Assembly: GCA_963719495.1 (NCBI GenBank)
Contig: CAVRCI010000004.1
Span: 256,001-320,000 of the forward strand
Direction of reading: 5' to 3'
DNA from: an uncultured Verrucomicrobiae bacterium
GTDB taxonomy: Bacteria; Verrucomicrobiota; Verrucomicrobiia; Chthoniobacterales; JAATET01
Length of the DNA stretch: 64,000 bases
The notes beneath the pieces were generated by a model. The model had not been told where the DNA came from and searched no databases. It was given only the letters and a program-made list of their open reading frames with translations. Below are positions 31,459 through 42,177 of the stretch, piece after piece. The position numbers and the translations under genes were made by a program. Position 1 is the first letter of the stretch, and each line of letters opens with the position of its first letter.

Positions 31459-32427
31459 ATGAAAGTTCAGCCCTTGGAATTCGAGAAGCCGATCAGCGAA
31501 CTCGAGAACAAACTCGAAGACATCAAGAAGCACCTGAACGGGCAGGCCATTGACAGCGATCCCGAGGTGCAAAAGATCGCGGCCAAGATCGAGGAGACCC
31601 GCCGCGAGGTGTACGCGAACCTCACGTCCTGGCAGCGCGTTCAGATCGCGCGCCACACCCAGCGCCCCTATTTCCTGGATTACGTGAAGCACGTCTGCAC
31701 CGATTTTGTCGAGCTGCACGGCGACCGCCTCTACGGCGACGACGCCTCGATGCCCGCCGGGCTCGCGACGATCGGTGGCGAGCGCTGCGTGATTATCGGC
31801 CAACAGAAGGGCCGCGACGTGAAGGAGAATCTGCTGCGTAATTTCGGCAGTCCGCACCCGGAGGGCTACCGCAAGGCGCTGCGGCTGATGAAGCTGGCCG
31901 AGAAATTCGGCCTCCCGGTCGTCTGCCTCATCGACACGCCGGGTGCCTACCCGGGCGTCGGGGCCGAGGAGCGGCACATCGGCGAGTCCATCGCCGTGAA
32001 TCTGCGGGAGATGATGGTGCTCGAGACGCCGATCATTTCGGTCGTGATCGGGGAGGGGGGGTCCGGCGGGGCGCTCGGGATCGGAGTTGCCGACCGGGTG
32101 CTCATTCTCGAGAACGCGTATTATTCCGTGATCAGTCCCGAGGGCTGCGCGGCCATCCTCTGGAAGCACCGCAAGCACGCGCCCGAGGCGGCGGAGGCGC
32201 TCAAGCTGAATTCCCGCGAGTTGCTGAAAATGGGCATCGTCGACGGCATCATCGAAGAACCCCTCGGCGGAGCGCACCACGACCACGCCGCCACGGCGAA
32301 AACGCTCGAGGAGACGCTCGTTCGCGAGATGTCCGCGCTGAAGAAGATCAAGACGTCGGAGTTGCTCGAGGCGCGCTATCGGAAATTTCGCGCGATGGGC
32401 GTGATTGCGGAAGACGTCACGGCCTAA
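31459..32427 (+). CDS. accA: Acetyl-CoA carboxylase carboxyltransferase alpha subunit
   Basis: LEFEKP, ELHGDR, PEGYRKA, IDTPGAYPG, GEGGSGGA, ISPEGCA. Confidence 0.97.
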   Translation: MKVQPLEFEKPISELENKLEDIKKHLNGQAIDSDPEVQKIAAKIEETRREVYANLTSWQRVQIARHTQRPYFLDYVKHVCTDFVELHGDRLYGDDASMPAGLATIGGERCVIIGQQKGRDVKENLLRNFGSPHPEGYRKALRLMKLAEKFGLPVVCLIDTPGAYPGVGAEERHIGESIAVNLREMMVLETPIISVVIGEGGSGGALGIGVADRVLILENAYYSVISPEGCAAILWKHRKHAPEAAEALKLNSRELLKMGIVDGIIEEPLGGAHHDHAATAKTLEETLVREMSALKKIKTSELLEARYRKFRAMGVIAEDVTA

Positions 32428-32692
32428 TAGGCCGTAACGTGATAATCTTCGCGTCTGCTGCGGGTTGAGCCGGAAAAGTCTCGTGGGAGATCCCTGGGTA
32501 GCGGCGCTCCGGGTGGGGAGCCAGTGATTGCCTTTTTAGAAAAGCTCTGAAGTGAAGGCTGTCTCGCTGCGCTCGATCCTTCATTGCATTCAGGATGACA
32601 GGCCGGGACGAGGGCGCGCTTTGCAACGATGACGGCACCGCCCCTTGCTGTCATTCCGAGGTCGTCCGAAGCTTCCTGTCGTCGGGTTCTTC

Positions 32693-35104
32693 CTAGTCTT
32701 TTGGTTGGTGGTAGCGGGCGGGGAGTTTGGGCGTGGATTTGTCTTGGTGGGTGAGGGTCAGGAGGGCTTCGGCCGCGGCCTTTTGGAGGGTGGCGAAGCG
32801 GGCGTTGTTTGGGTTGGGGGCGTGGATGATGTGACGGAGGAGACTTTGCCACTCGAGGATGGCTCGCTCGACGTCCCCTCGGCGGATCAGTGCATCGGCG
32901 GGGAGTGAGCGGATGCCGCCGCCGCGGTAGCGGGCCACGACGTCGGCGGTGCCTTCGCCGTAGCCGAGGCTCAGGCCGGTTTCGAGGTAACCTTCGTGGT
33001 CGACGTGGCCGTAGGCCGTGCGCGAGGCGATGGCGAGGCGGTCGGATTCGCCGGTCGCCAGGTCGGCGAAGCGGTGGCCGCCCCGGAGGTTCGCCAGGTG
33101 TGGGATGATCTCGTCGATGGGATAAGTTTCATCCTCGAGCGCAGCGGCGATGACGAGGCCTTCGCCGGCTTGGAAGCGGGCGGCGACGCGGCCGCGCGGC
33201 GTGGGGGTTCCGTCCGCTTCGATGAGGCCGAGCTTGCGCCAGGCGTGGGCGGCGGACCCGGGGGGCGGATCGAAGGTCGCGGCCTCGGCGGTGGCGAGGT
33301 GGGTGTCGGTGTGCAACTCGATCCGGCGACGGGGCGGGTGGAGGAGCGCTCGCCCGGCGGGGTCGATCGTCGCGGGCGTGGGGTGGTGGGTGAGCGGGAG
33401 CTGGATCGCGACGACGCTGCCGTGGTGGGCGAGGGGGAGGATTGCGGATTGCGGATTGCGGATTGCGGATTGGAGGAGGAGCGGGGCGACCGTTTGGAGG
33501 AATTCGGTTTCGGTGAAGGTCTCGGTTTTGGTGAGGTGGAGCTTTTTGCGGACCCAGGGGAGGGGTTGGAGGTCGCCGGTTTCCGTGAGTTTGGCGGCGG
33601 CGAATTCTTTGCCGTATTGGATCGTGCCGTCGGGGGTTTTGATTTTGCAGATTCGACCGGGGCCGTGGGTTTCCGCGATGGTGGGGACGCGGAGGGCGGG
33701 GTGCCATTTGTCTTTGTGCCAGGCCAGGCACTCGCCGAGGGGGCGGGGTTCGGTGACGGCGTTCTTGGCGGGTTGCCAAACGTTATTGCTGTCGAGGTAT
33801 TCCTCCCGGGTTGGGGCGAGAGAAAAGCCTTCGGCGTGATTGGTGACTGGTGAATGGTGATTGGTGGGGGTGAGGCCGAGGGTGGGCGGTTGAGGGCTGA
33901 AGAGATTTTTGCAGGCCTCGCGGGCGGCTTCGAACGGGTTGCGGCCCTGGTCGGCGGCGGTTTCCATGACGCGGAGGAGGCTGGGCCAATCAATTTCGTT
34001 GACGCGGCGGAGTTGGCGCTGGCCGGCGTTGCCGAGGCGGGGGCTGTCGCGGGTGACGATGAGGGTGCCTTCGGTGTCGAGGCCGCGGCGACCGGCTCGA
34101 CCGAACATTTGGAGGAGTTCGTCGGAGCGGAGTTCGCGCTGGGCGAGCCCGTCCTGGTAGGTGGTGCCGGCGATGGCGACGGAGCGGACCGAGAAGTTGA
34201 TGCCGGCGGCGAGGCCGGTGGTGGCGACGATGAAGTGGAGGTGGCCGTTCTTGGCGAGGGGTTCGATCCAGTGAGCGCGGGCGGCGTAGGGGAGGCCGCT
34301 GTGGTGGAAGGCGGTGCGGCGGGCGAGGAGACGGGAGAGGTCCTTGCCGAGGAGCGTCTGGGCTTCGGGCGGGATGGGGATGGCGTCCTGGAGCGGGAGG
34401 GCTTCGCTGATGTGGCGGGCGATCTTCTCGGCGTCGGCGCGGCGGGGGGCGAAGATGAGGAGGGGGGTGAGCCGGGCGAGGTGGGCGGCGGCGGCGAGGC
34501 GGGGCCAGGTGCCGCGGACGCTGTCGGGCACGCGGGGGAGATTTTCGACGGGGACTTCGTTGAGGGGGACGGGGCGGTCGCGGACGCGGATGATCTCGGT
34601 GGTGCGACCGAGGCGCTGGAACCAGTCGGCGACGTGCTCGGGGTTGCGGACGCTCCCGCTGAGGAGGAGGAGTTGGGTGGTGGGGGGAACGAGGGCGAGG
34701 GCGAGTTCGTAGTTGAGGCCGCGGCGGGGGTCGGCGAGCATTTGGTATTCGTCGATGACGAGGGTGCCGGGGGCTTCGCCGGAGAGGATGCGCTCGCGTT
34801 GCGTCTCGAGGGTGGCGACGAGGATGGGGGCGCGGGTGTTCTCGGCGAGGTCGCCGGTGGCGATGCCGACGTCCCAGCCGCGGCGTTGCCATTCGGTCCA
34901 CTTGTCGTTGGCGAGGGCGCGGGTCGGGACGGTGTAGACGGCCTGGCCGCGGCGGGCGGCGGCGCCGGACTCGACGTGGAGTTCGAAGATGCGGGTCTTA
35001 CCCGCGCCCGTTGGGGCGTCGACGATGACGTCGTGGCCGGCTTTGAGCGCGCGGACGGCTTGCTGCTGCCAGAGATCGGGGACGTCGAGGGCGATCTGGA
35101 GCAC
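32693..35104 (-). CDS. Ski2-like DEAD/DEAH-box helicase
   Basis: APTGAGKT, PTRALAN, IDEYQ, FHHSGL, QMFGRAGRRG. Confidence 0.9.
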   Translation of the reverse strand: MLQIALDVPDLWQQQAVRALKAGHDVIVDAPTGAGKTRIFELHVESGAAARRGQAVYTVPTRALANDKWTEWQRRGWDVGIATGDLAENTRAPILVATLETQRERILSGEAPGTLVIDEYQMLADPRRGLNYELALALVPPTTQLLLLSGSVRNPEHVADWFQRLGRTTEIIRVRDRPVPLNEVPVENLPRVPDSVRGTWPRLAAAAHLARLTPLLIFAPRRADAEKIARHISEALPLQDAIPIPPEAQTLLGKDLSRLLARRTAFHHSGLPYAARAHWIEPLAKNGHLHFIVATTGLAAGINFSVRSVAIAGTTYQDGLAQRELRSDELLQMFGRAGRRGLDTEGTLIVTRDSPRLGNAGQRQLRRVNEIDWPSLLRVMETAADQGRNPFEAAREACKNLFSPQPPTLGLTPTNHHSPVTNHAEGFSLAPTREEYLDSNNVWQPAKNAVTEPRPLGECLAWHKDKWHPALRVPTIAETHGPGRICKIKTPDGTIQYGKEFAAAKLTETGDLQPLPWVRKKLHLTKTETFTETEFLQTVAPLLLQSAIRNPQSAILPLAHHGSVVAIQLPLTHHPTPATIDPAGRALLHPPRRRIELHTDTHLATAEAATFDPPPGSAAHAWRKLGLIEADGTPTPRGRVAARFQAGEGLVIAAALEDETYPIDEIIPHLANLRGGHRFADLATGESDRLAIASRTAYGHVDHEGYLETGLSLGYGEGTADVVARYRGGGIRSLPADALIRRGDVERAILEWQSLLRHIIHAPNPNNARFATLQKAAAEALLTLTHQDKSTPKLPARYHQPKD
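33440..33472. repeat. Heptamer repeat (GATTGCG)x4.7 inside the helicase CDS
   Basis: Translates as QSAIRNPQSAI. Confidence 0.9.
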
Positions 35105-35188
35105 GCTCGAGGGTAATGAGAAATGAGGGAATGCGGAATTAGAAATGGAGTGCGGCTTCGCCGGCGGGGGGGCGGCTGGCAGCCGATT

Positions 35189-35431
35189 TCACGGGTTGGG
35201 TCGCTTTCGCTCCGGGGACTTTGCGAGGAGCCCGACCACGAGCTGGGTGGCGGAGAGGGCGGCGAGGTGGAGGAAACTGGTTTCGGTGAAGCCGTTGGAG
35301 TAGAGGCCGATGCCGAGGAGGTTGGTTCCGAACCAACTGAGGGCGGTGACGGTGTTGCCGAGGACGGCGAGGATCGCGAGGCCGCGGGGTTGGACGAGGC
35401 CGCCCAATCGGGCGTGGAGGATGATCCTCAC
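35189..35431 (-). pseudogene. ccsA: C-terminal fragment of cytochrome c biogenesis protein CcsA
   Basis: ILHARLGG...GN.VT..SWFGTNLLGIGLYSNG matches the CcsA C-terminus (consensus GLHSYG); WWD domain absent. Confidence 0.7.
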
Positions 35432-35666
35432 GGGGAAAATGGAGAATGGCTTCCCGGCCTGCCGCCCGACGCCGCCGTGCGACTTAGCGGATGAAAATCC
35501 TCCGTCTCCTCACTCTTTGATCTTCGATCTCGACCATTTTCCTTTTGAGGTTGAGGGCAACTGGCTCGCTTGGCCGAATTTCCGGGCAGGATTGACAATT
35601 TCGCAACCGGATTGTAGGGGTCATTTATCTCGTCGCTCGCCAGGCCTTCCTCGTTTGGACCGCCGT

Positions 35667-36218
35667 ATGACCATGAAACTCCGAGTTCCCTTCATTCTCG
35701 GTTCTCTCGCTACGGCTTGCGCTGCATTCGCTCAAGTGACCATCCATTGGTTCCCGGTCGGCGACCCGGGTAATCCCGCCGACGAAGTTTCCGCTTCGAA
35801 TTCCTACGGCGCCGTTCCCTACGGGTTCCACATTTCGAAGTTCGAGACGACCATCGCCCGATACACGGCGTTTCTCGACGCGGTCGCCGCTTCCGATCCC
35901 CACGGACTCTGGAAATCCCGACAGCAGGACGTTCGCAACGTTGCCGGCATCGCCGGCTCCGGCCCCGACGAGGCCTACACCTACAGCGTGATCGGCTCGC
36001 GAAGTCGCTCCATCGCTTACACGACCTACGTCGATGCCACCCGCTTCACGAATTGGCTGCAAAACGGACAAAGCTCCGGGGACACCGAGACCGGTGCCTA
36101 CACGCTCCGCTCCGCGACGATCATCGGCTTTAAACGCAGTTCTTCCACCGCCCCGTGCACACCCCGTTTTCGTTGCGAAACGGGTAGGCAACCCAACCTA
36201 CAGCCCCATTTCATCTGA
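35667..36218 (+). pseudogene. Truncated FGE-sulfatase/SUMF1-like secreted protein (N-terminal half only)
   Basis: Signal peptide, VGDPGNPAD, YGAV.Y...ISKFE.T, RF.NWL.NGQ..GDTETGAYTL, then loses family character. Confidence 0.65.
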
Positions 36219-38152
36219 ATGAAAACAGCCCCAAACCTCGGTTCACTCGGACGCCGCCTCACCCTCGGCCTCGCCGCGATCGCGACACTGCTCGCCGCCC
36301 CGCGCGGTTCCGCCCAGACGCCACCCGCCACGCAGATCCTTCTCTTTGCCGGCGACACCGTGCCCGATGGCAATGGCACTTATTCCCTGTTTTTCTCGGG
36401 CGCCGCGCTCAACGACGCCGAGCAGATCGGGTTTCGGGATTTTGCCGGAAACACCACCGGCGGCTCCGCCGACAACACCGTCCTGGTCCGAGCAGGCGGC
36501 TCGACTCCGCCGGTCGTGCTCGCCCGGGAAGGCCAGCCCGCGCCGAATGGCAACGGCAGTTTTCTCTTTATCCAAAATCCGGCCTTCAGTGTCGTGGGCG
36601 CGATGGCGTTCAACGCGGTCACCGAGCGTGCCGAGCCAACTGACGAGACCGCTCTCTTCCGCGTCGACGGCTCCGGCTCGATCGTCGAGATCGTCCGCTT
36701 CGGCGAGGCGGCGCCCGACTCGAGCGGAAACTTTACCGCCTTCGACGATATCCCCGCTCTCAATGAACTGGGACAACTCGCATTCCGCGCGGATATCGAC
36801 CTCGGCGACGGGGGCTCGCGCCTCGATGAAGCCGGCATCTTCATCGGGGAGGGATCGGCTGGACCCGTCCGAATGGCCCGCGATGGCCAGACGGCTCCGG
36901 ACGGCAATGGAGTTTTCACGTCCTTTCACGGCCGAGTTGGGTTGAATGGCCCCGGCCAGGTCGCGTTCGCGGGGTTCGTGACCAGTGGGGGAGCCGATGA
37001 GGACACCGCGATCTTTCGTGGGATCGGAAGCTCCGCCGGACTGACTCAAATCGCCCGAACCGGCGGCCTGGCCCCCGACGGCACCAGTGTTTACCAAATC
37101 GTCCACGGCTCTCCGGCTCTGAACGACGCTGGGAGTGTCGCTTTTTCCTCCTCGTTTGCTGGTGGTGCCGGTGCCGAAGGTCTTTTCCGATCCGACGCCG
37201 CTGGTGGCATCGTCACGATCGCCCGCACGAACGACCCCTCGCCGGGTCGGAACGGCAGCATCGCCGGGATCGAGGGCGACCCCGCCCTGAGCGAGCGGAC
37301 GCCAGAGCAGTTTCGTGGCGCGCTCAATTCGTCCGGGCAGGTGGCATTCGTCGCCTCGCTCACCGGTACGGTTGGCGGGACGAGCGACGACACCGCCGTC
37401 CTCCGGGGCGACGGCGCGGCGGGCAGTCTGCTCGAGATCGCCCGCGAAGGCGGGACGGCACCCGACGGCAACGGAACGTTCGTCGATTTGAGTGGGCGCA
37501 CTTCGCTCCTCGGTTTTCTGGTGAAACCGCTCATCAACGACGCCGGGCGGTGGCGTTCGTCGCCAACTTGGAGAACACCGCCGGAGGAACCAACGACGAC
37601 CGGGGAATTTTCTTCTTCGACGACGCGGCGGGCCTTCTCCAGGTCGTGCGCGAAGGAGACGCCTTCCTCGGCAGCACCATCGTCTCCCTGGGCTTGCTCA
37701 GCGACTCCGGGGGACGGGATGGATTCAACAATTCGGGCCAGGTCGCCTACTCCTTCGGCCTGGCCGACGACCGTCGTGGCTTCGCCCGATGGAACAGCGA
37801 CGGGGCACCACCCACGCCAACGCCCACGCCGAACCCGGCACCCGCGACGCCCCCGGCTCCGTCGGCCGACACAATCCCGCCCGAACTCGCGATCCGCGGA
37901 CGCAAAACCATCGAAACCCTCCGCAAGCGCGTTGTCATCCGCGGCACCGCGAGCGACGCGTCGGGCATCGCGAAGCTCGACGTCAAAGCTCGCGGGGCCA
38001 AGGTCCAGAAGGCCAAAGTGCTCAGCGGAGACCGTTTCAAGGTCGTCCTCCGCGTCTCCAAGGACCGTGGCCGCGTCATCGTGAAGCTCCGCGCTATCGA
38101 CGACGCCAACAACCGCTCGAAATCATCCAAACTCCGCATTCTTCGCCGCTGA
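36219..38152 (+). pseudogene. Secreted NxxGxxAF tandem-repeat protein with a basic C-terminal domain; frameshift at ~37548
   Basis: LNELGQLAF, LNGPGQVAF, LNDAGSVAF, LNSSGQVAF; GGG-C(A)G-GTG-GCG-TTC lacks one base, and restoring it joins ORFs 36219 and 37550. Confidence 0.8.
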
Positions 38153-38207
38153 TCCCCCTCTCACCGGACACCTCATCCGCAAACCCCACTCCGACGCGCC
38201 CACCGAA

Positions 38208-40073
38208 ATGAAATCATCGATCCCCGCCCTGGCCGCCCTGCTCCTTCTTCCCGCGTTGCTGGTGCCGACGTCGCTTCCCGCGCAATCCGCTGCCGCCGGG
38301 AGCATCATCGTCCTCAGCGGTGACCCCGTTCCGGGTGGCGGCACCGTCGAAAGTGTCTTCGAATTCACAGCACCCTCCCTCAACGACGTGGACCAGGTCG
38401 CGCTGAGGCTCGATCTCACCGGCACCCCAGGCGGGGATTCCGACAACGTCGGCATCTATCGGGCCGACGGCGCCTCGCCGCTGGTCGAGATCGCGCGGAA
38501 GGGGCAGACCGCCCCTCGCGGCGACGTGCAATTTGAAAACTTCTTCGGCTTTCTCCCCATCAATAGCGCTGGCCAGATCGCGTTATTCGCCCGACCGTTC
38601 ACTCTTGGGGACAGCAATCTCATCGGTGACGGGACGACCCTGGTCGAGATCGCGCGCACGGGGGATCCGGTGCCCGGCGGAGACGGACAGGTTGGTCTTT
38701 TGTCTACGCCTCTGATCAACAACCTGGGACAGACCGGCGTGGGGGTCTTCCTCAGGAACGCTACTTTCGGAGATCGAGGTGCCTTATACCGCGGCGAGGG
38801 CACGGCGCTCACTCAGATCGTGCGGGACGGGCAGACGGTCCCCGGCGGCAACGGCAGATTCTTTTGCAGGTCTACCCCCTCATTCGTTGGGCCGAATGAT
38901 CTCGGCCAGTTCGCGTTCGAGATCGCGATTGCGGTGGCCACCGGAGGAGCCGATCGCGGGATCTTCCGCGGTGATGGCACGACGCTGGTGAAAATTGCCC
39001 TCGCCAGCGAACCCGTGCCGACCGGCGTCGGACAGTTCATCAGCTTCTCCGAGACGCCGGCACTCGACGAGACCGGACGCACGGCCTTCCCCGCTCGTCT
39101 GACCGGCACCTCGGGCAACGGCGACAATACGGGAATCTACTTCGGAGACGAAAACGGCCTCATCCAGATTGTCCGCGAAGGCCAGGTCGCGCCGACGGGC
39201 AACGGTGCTTTTGGCGACGTGGCATTGACCACGGTCGCATTGAACGAGAACGCTTAGATCGCGTTTCGGTCGGATCTCACCGGCACCGCGCTGGGTGCCG
39301 CCGACGGTCAAGGTGTTTACCGGGCCGATGGCTCCACGCTGCGCGAGATCGTCCGCGCCGGGCAGACGGTGCCCGAGGGGAACGGCACGTTTGCCACCTT
39401 CGAGCGGGACGGCGCTCTTGCGTTCAACAACGCGGGCCAGATGGTCTTCGAGGCCACACTGGTCGGCACCCCCGGCGGCAGCGCCGACGACCGCGGTCTG
39501 TATTTTCACGACGACTCGTTGGGTTTGCGTAAGATCGTGCGCGCAGGCGACGCCCTTCTGGGCAGCACGGTGAGTGATTTTCGCTTTCGCGGCAACTACG
39601 GGAGCTTCGACTCGCCCCACGGCAACGTGGTCAGCGGATTCAACAACTCCGGGAAGGTCGCCTACCGATTCTCTCTCGCCGACGGGCGCAGCGGAGTCGT
39701 GCTCTGGACCCAGTCGGCCGTGCCTCCCACGCCGACGCCAACTCCCTCCCCGAGCCCGGCACCCGCGCCCAACCCGGCCCCGTCGGCCGACGCGATCCCG
39801 CCCGAAATCAGAATCCGCGGACGCAAATCCGTAGAGACCCTCCGCAAACGCGTCGTCGTTCGCGGCAACGCGAGCGACGCATCGGGCATCGCGAAGCTCG
39901 ACGTCAAAGCCCGCGGGGCCAAGGTCCGGAAGGCCAAAGTGCTCAGCGGAGACCGTTTCAAGGTCGTCCTCCGCGTCTCCAAGACCAGCGGCCGCGTCAT
40001 CGTCAAAATCCGCGCCATCGACAACGCCGGCAACCGCTCGAAAAAATCCAAACTCCGCGTCCTCCGCCGTTGA
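38208..40073 (+). pseudogene. Second NxxGxxAF tandem-repeat protein with a basic C-terminal domain; in-frame TAG at 39255-39257
   Basis: INSAGQIAL, NDLGQFAF, NENA*IAF, NNAGQMVF; downstream ORF 39369 is in the same frame. Confidence 0.8.
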
Positions 40074-40125
40074 TCCCCGAATCCGACCGACCTCCTCGCA
40101 CCATCACCAGCCAGCAACCCAACCC

Positions 40126-42051
40126 ATGAAAAAACACCTCGCCTACCTCACCGCCAGCCTTCTCCTGCATTCGCTGCCCGCTTCCGCGCAGACCACCAAC
40201 TGGACCGGCCTCAGCCCCGCCGACGGCAACTGGACCACGGCTGCCAACTGGAACCCGGGCGTCCCGACCACGGGCGATGCCGTCGTCTTCGGTGCCTCGC
40301 CCCGGACCGCGACCACGGTCAACACCAGCTTCTCGCTGGCGTCCCTGAGTTACCTCGCCGCCGCGCCTTCCTACACGACCACGTTCATCTCGAGCCTGAC
40401 GTTTACCGGCGCGGGCGTGAGTAACCTCTCCGGCACAACCCAGAATTTCGACGTGGCCAATTCCCTCCGCTTCAGCAACAGCTCGACCGCTTCCGACGCC
40501 CTTCTCACCGCGCGCGGCTCCGGCTCCGGCGTCGGGCAGTCCGGGTTGATCCGCTTCACGGAAGGGGCCACCGCCGCCTCAGCCAGCATCAGCAACCTTG
40601 GCTCGGCGTCTTTCGGATTCGGCGGTCGGACGAACTTCGGCGGAACGTCCACCGCCGAGAACGCCGTCATCATGAACCAAACCGGTAGCGCCAACGGCGG
40701 CCGCGGCGGGATCACGAACTTCCTCGAGGATTCCACGGCCGGGAATGCGACCCTGACCAACGCGGGGAGCCTCGTCTTTGGCACGGGCGGCGGCAACACC
40801 ACTTTCTCGGGAAATGCCACCGCCAGCACTGCCGCCATCACCAACCAAGCCGCTGTCGGCAGTTCAGCCGTCGCCGCCGGCTTCACCACTTTCTCGGGCA
40901 CGTCCACGGCCGGCAGTGCCAGCATCACCAGCGGCGGAGGCACGGGTGGCAACGAAGGCGGCTTCACGAGCTTCACCGCCACATCCTCCGCGGGGAACGC
41001 TACGATCGTCGCCAATGGCGTCACCGATGCCGGCACGAGCGCGGACAGCAACGGTCGCACCATTTTTCAAGACGACGCCACGGCGGCGAACGCCACGCTC
41101 ATCGCCAACGGGCCGGGCGCGGCGGGCGGACTCGGTGGCGCTATTGTCTTTCGCGACAACGCCACCGGCGGCACCGCCCGCGTAATCGTGAATGCGGGCG
41201 GCGCCTTCGACCTCGACGACGCGAACGCCGCCGTGAGCGTGGGCTCGATCGAGGGAGCGGGGAACTTCCTGCTCTTCACAAACTCCCTCACGACCGGCAG
41301 CAACGGCGTCAGCACCACCGTCTCCGGAATCATCAGCAGCAACGGCCCGGCTACCACCGGAGCCCTCGTCAAGACCGGCACCGGCACCTTGCGATTGACC
41401 GCCAACAACACCTACCGCGGCGGCACGACCGTGTCCGGCGGCACCCTGCTCGTCAGTAATCCGGGAGTCCTCACCGTCGATTCCGGCACCGGCACGGGAG
41501 ACGTGAGCGTGCTCGCCGGCGCCACGCTGGGCGGCACCGGGCGCATCGCTGGAAGCGTGAGCACCACCGGTGCCGCCATCCTCGCACCGGGCGAATCGGC
41601 CGGCCAGCTCAGGATCCAGGGCAATCTCACCCTCTCCTCCGACACGATGTTCGTGATGGAACTCGGTGGGCGCACTCAGGGCGTGGATTACGACTTTCTG
41701 CTCGAGGGCGGCAACGTCGCGCTGATGCTCGACGGCCTGCTCGCCGTCAGTTTCATCGATGGTTTCGAGGCCGGAGTGAATGGCGCCGACACGTTCACCA
41801 TCATCGGCTCGAACCAGACCATCGGCGGAGCATTCGCCAACGTCGCCAACGGCGACCGGCTCGCCACGACCGACGGCCTGGGCAGTTTCCTCGTCACCTA
41901 CGGCGCGACCAACGGCGTCGTCCTGAGCGACTTCCTCCCCGTCCCCGAGCCCTCCAGCGTCCTGCTCATCGGTCTGAGTGCCGTTGCCCTGGGCGCGGGT
42001 GCCTTCCGGCGCAAGCTCGCAACCTGCGGGAAGCCCGCTCGATACTCCTGA
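40126..42051 (+). CDS. PEP-CTERM protein with autotransporter-associated beta-strand repeat
   Basis: Signal peptide; LVKTGTGTLRLTANNTYRGGTTVSGGTL; VPEPSS+TM+RRK. Confidence 0.9.
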   Translation: MKKHLAYLTASLLLHSLPASAQTTNWTGLSPADGNWTTAANWNPGVPTTGDAVVFGASPRTATTVNTSFSLASLSYLAAAPSYTTTFISSLTFTGAGVSNLSGTTQNFDVANSLRFSNSSTASDALLTARGSGSGVGQSGLIRFTEGATAASASISNLGSASFGFGGRTNFGGTSTAENAVIMNQTGSANGGRGGITNFLEDSTAGNATLTNAGSLVFGTGGGNTTFSGNATASTAAITNQAAVGSSAVAAGFTTFSGTSTAGSASITSGGGTGGNEGGFTSFTATSSAGNATIVANGVTDAGTSADSNGRTIFQDDATAANATLIANGPGAAGGLGGAIVFRDNATGGTARVIVNAGGAFDLDDANAAVSVGSIEGAGNFLLFTNSLTTGSNGVSTTVSGIISSNGPATTGALVKTGTGTLRLTANNTYRGGTTVSGGTLLVSNPGVLTVDSGTGTGDVSVLAGATLGGTGRIAGSVSTTGAAILAPGESAGQLRIQGNLTLSSDTMFVMELGGRTQGVDYDFLLEGGNVALMLDGLLAVSFIDGFEAGVNGADTFTIIGSNQTIGGAFANVANGDRLATTDGLGSFLVTYGATNGVVLSDFLPVPEPSSVLLIGLSAVALGAGAFRRKLATCGKPARYS

Positions 42052-42177
42052 CCTTGGCGCATTTCACCACCGACCCATTCCAATTTCCTTCGGGTCCCTG
42101 GATTGCGCTGGTATTTCAAGCTAGGAGGGGCCAAATGGATTGAGGACGTATCATCAGTTCAGAACCGGACAATGCTC

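Noticed and set aside
32430..32560. Possible IS-end remnant (CTTTTTAGAAAAGCTCTG) after accA
   Set aside because: No partner inverted repeat, TSD or transposase fragment found.
37800..40073. Template/variable repeat pair of a diversity-generating retroelement
   Set aside because: Both copies are coding C-termini, differences are mostly third-position and not adenine-specific, and there is no reverse transcriptase in the window.
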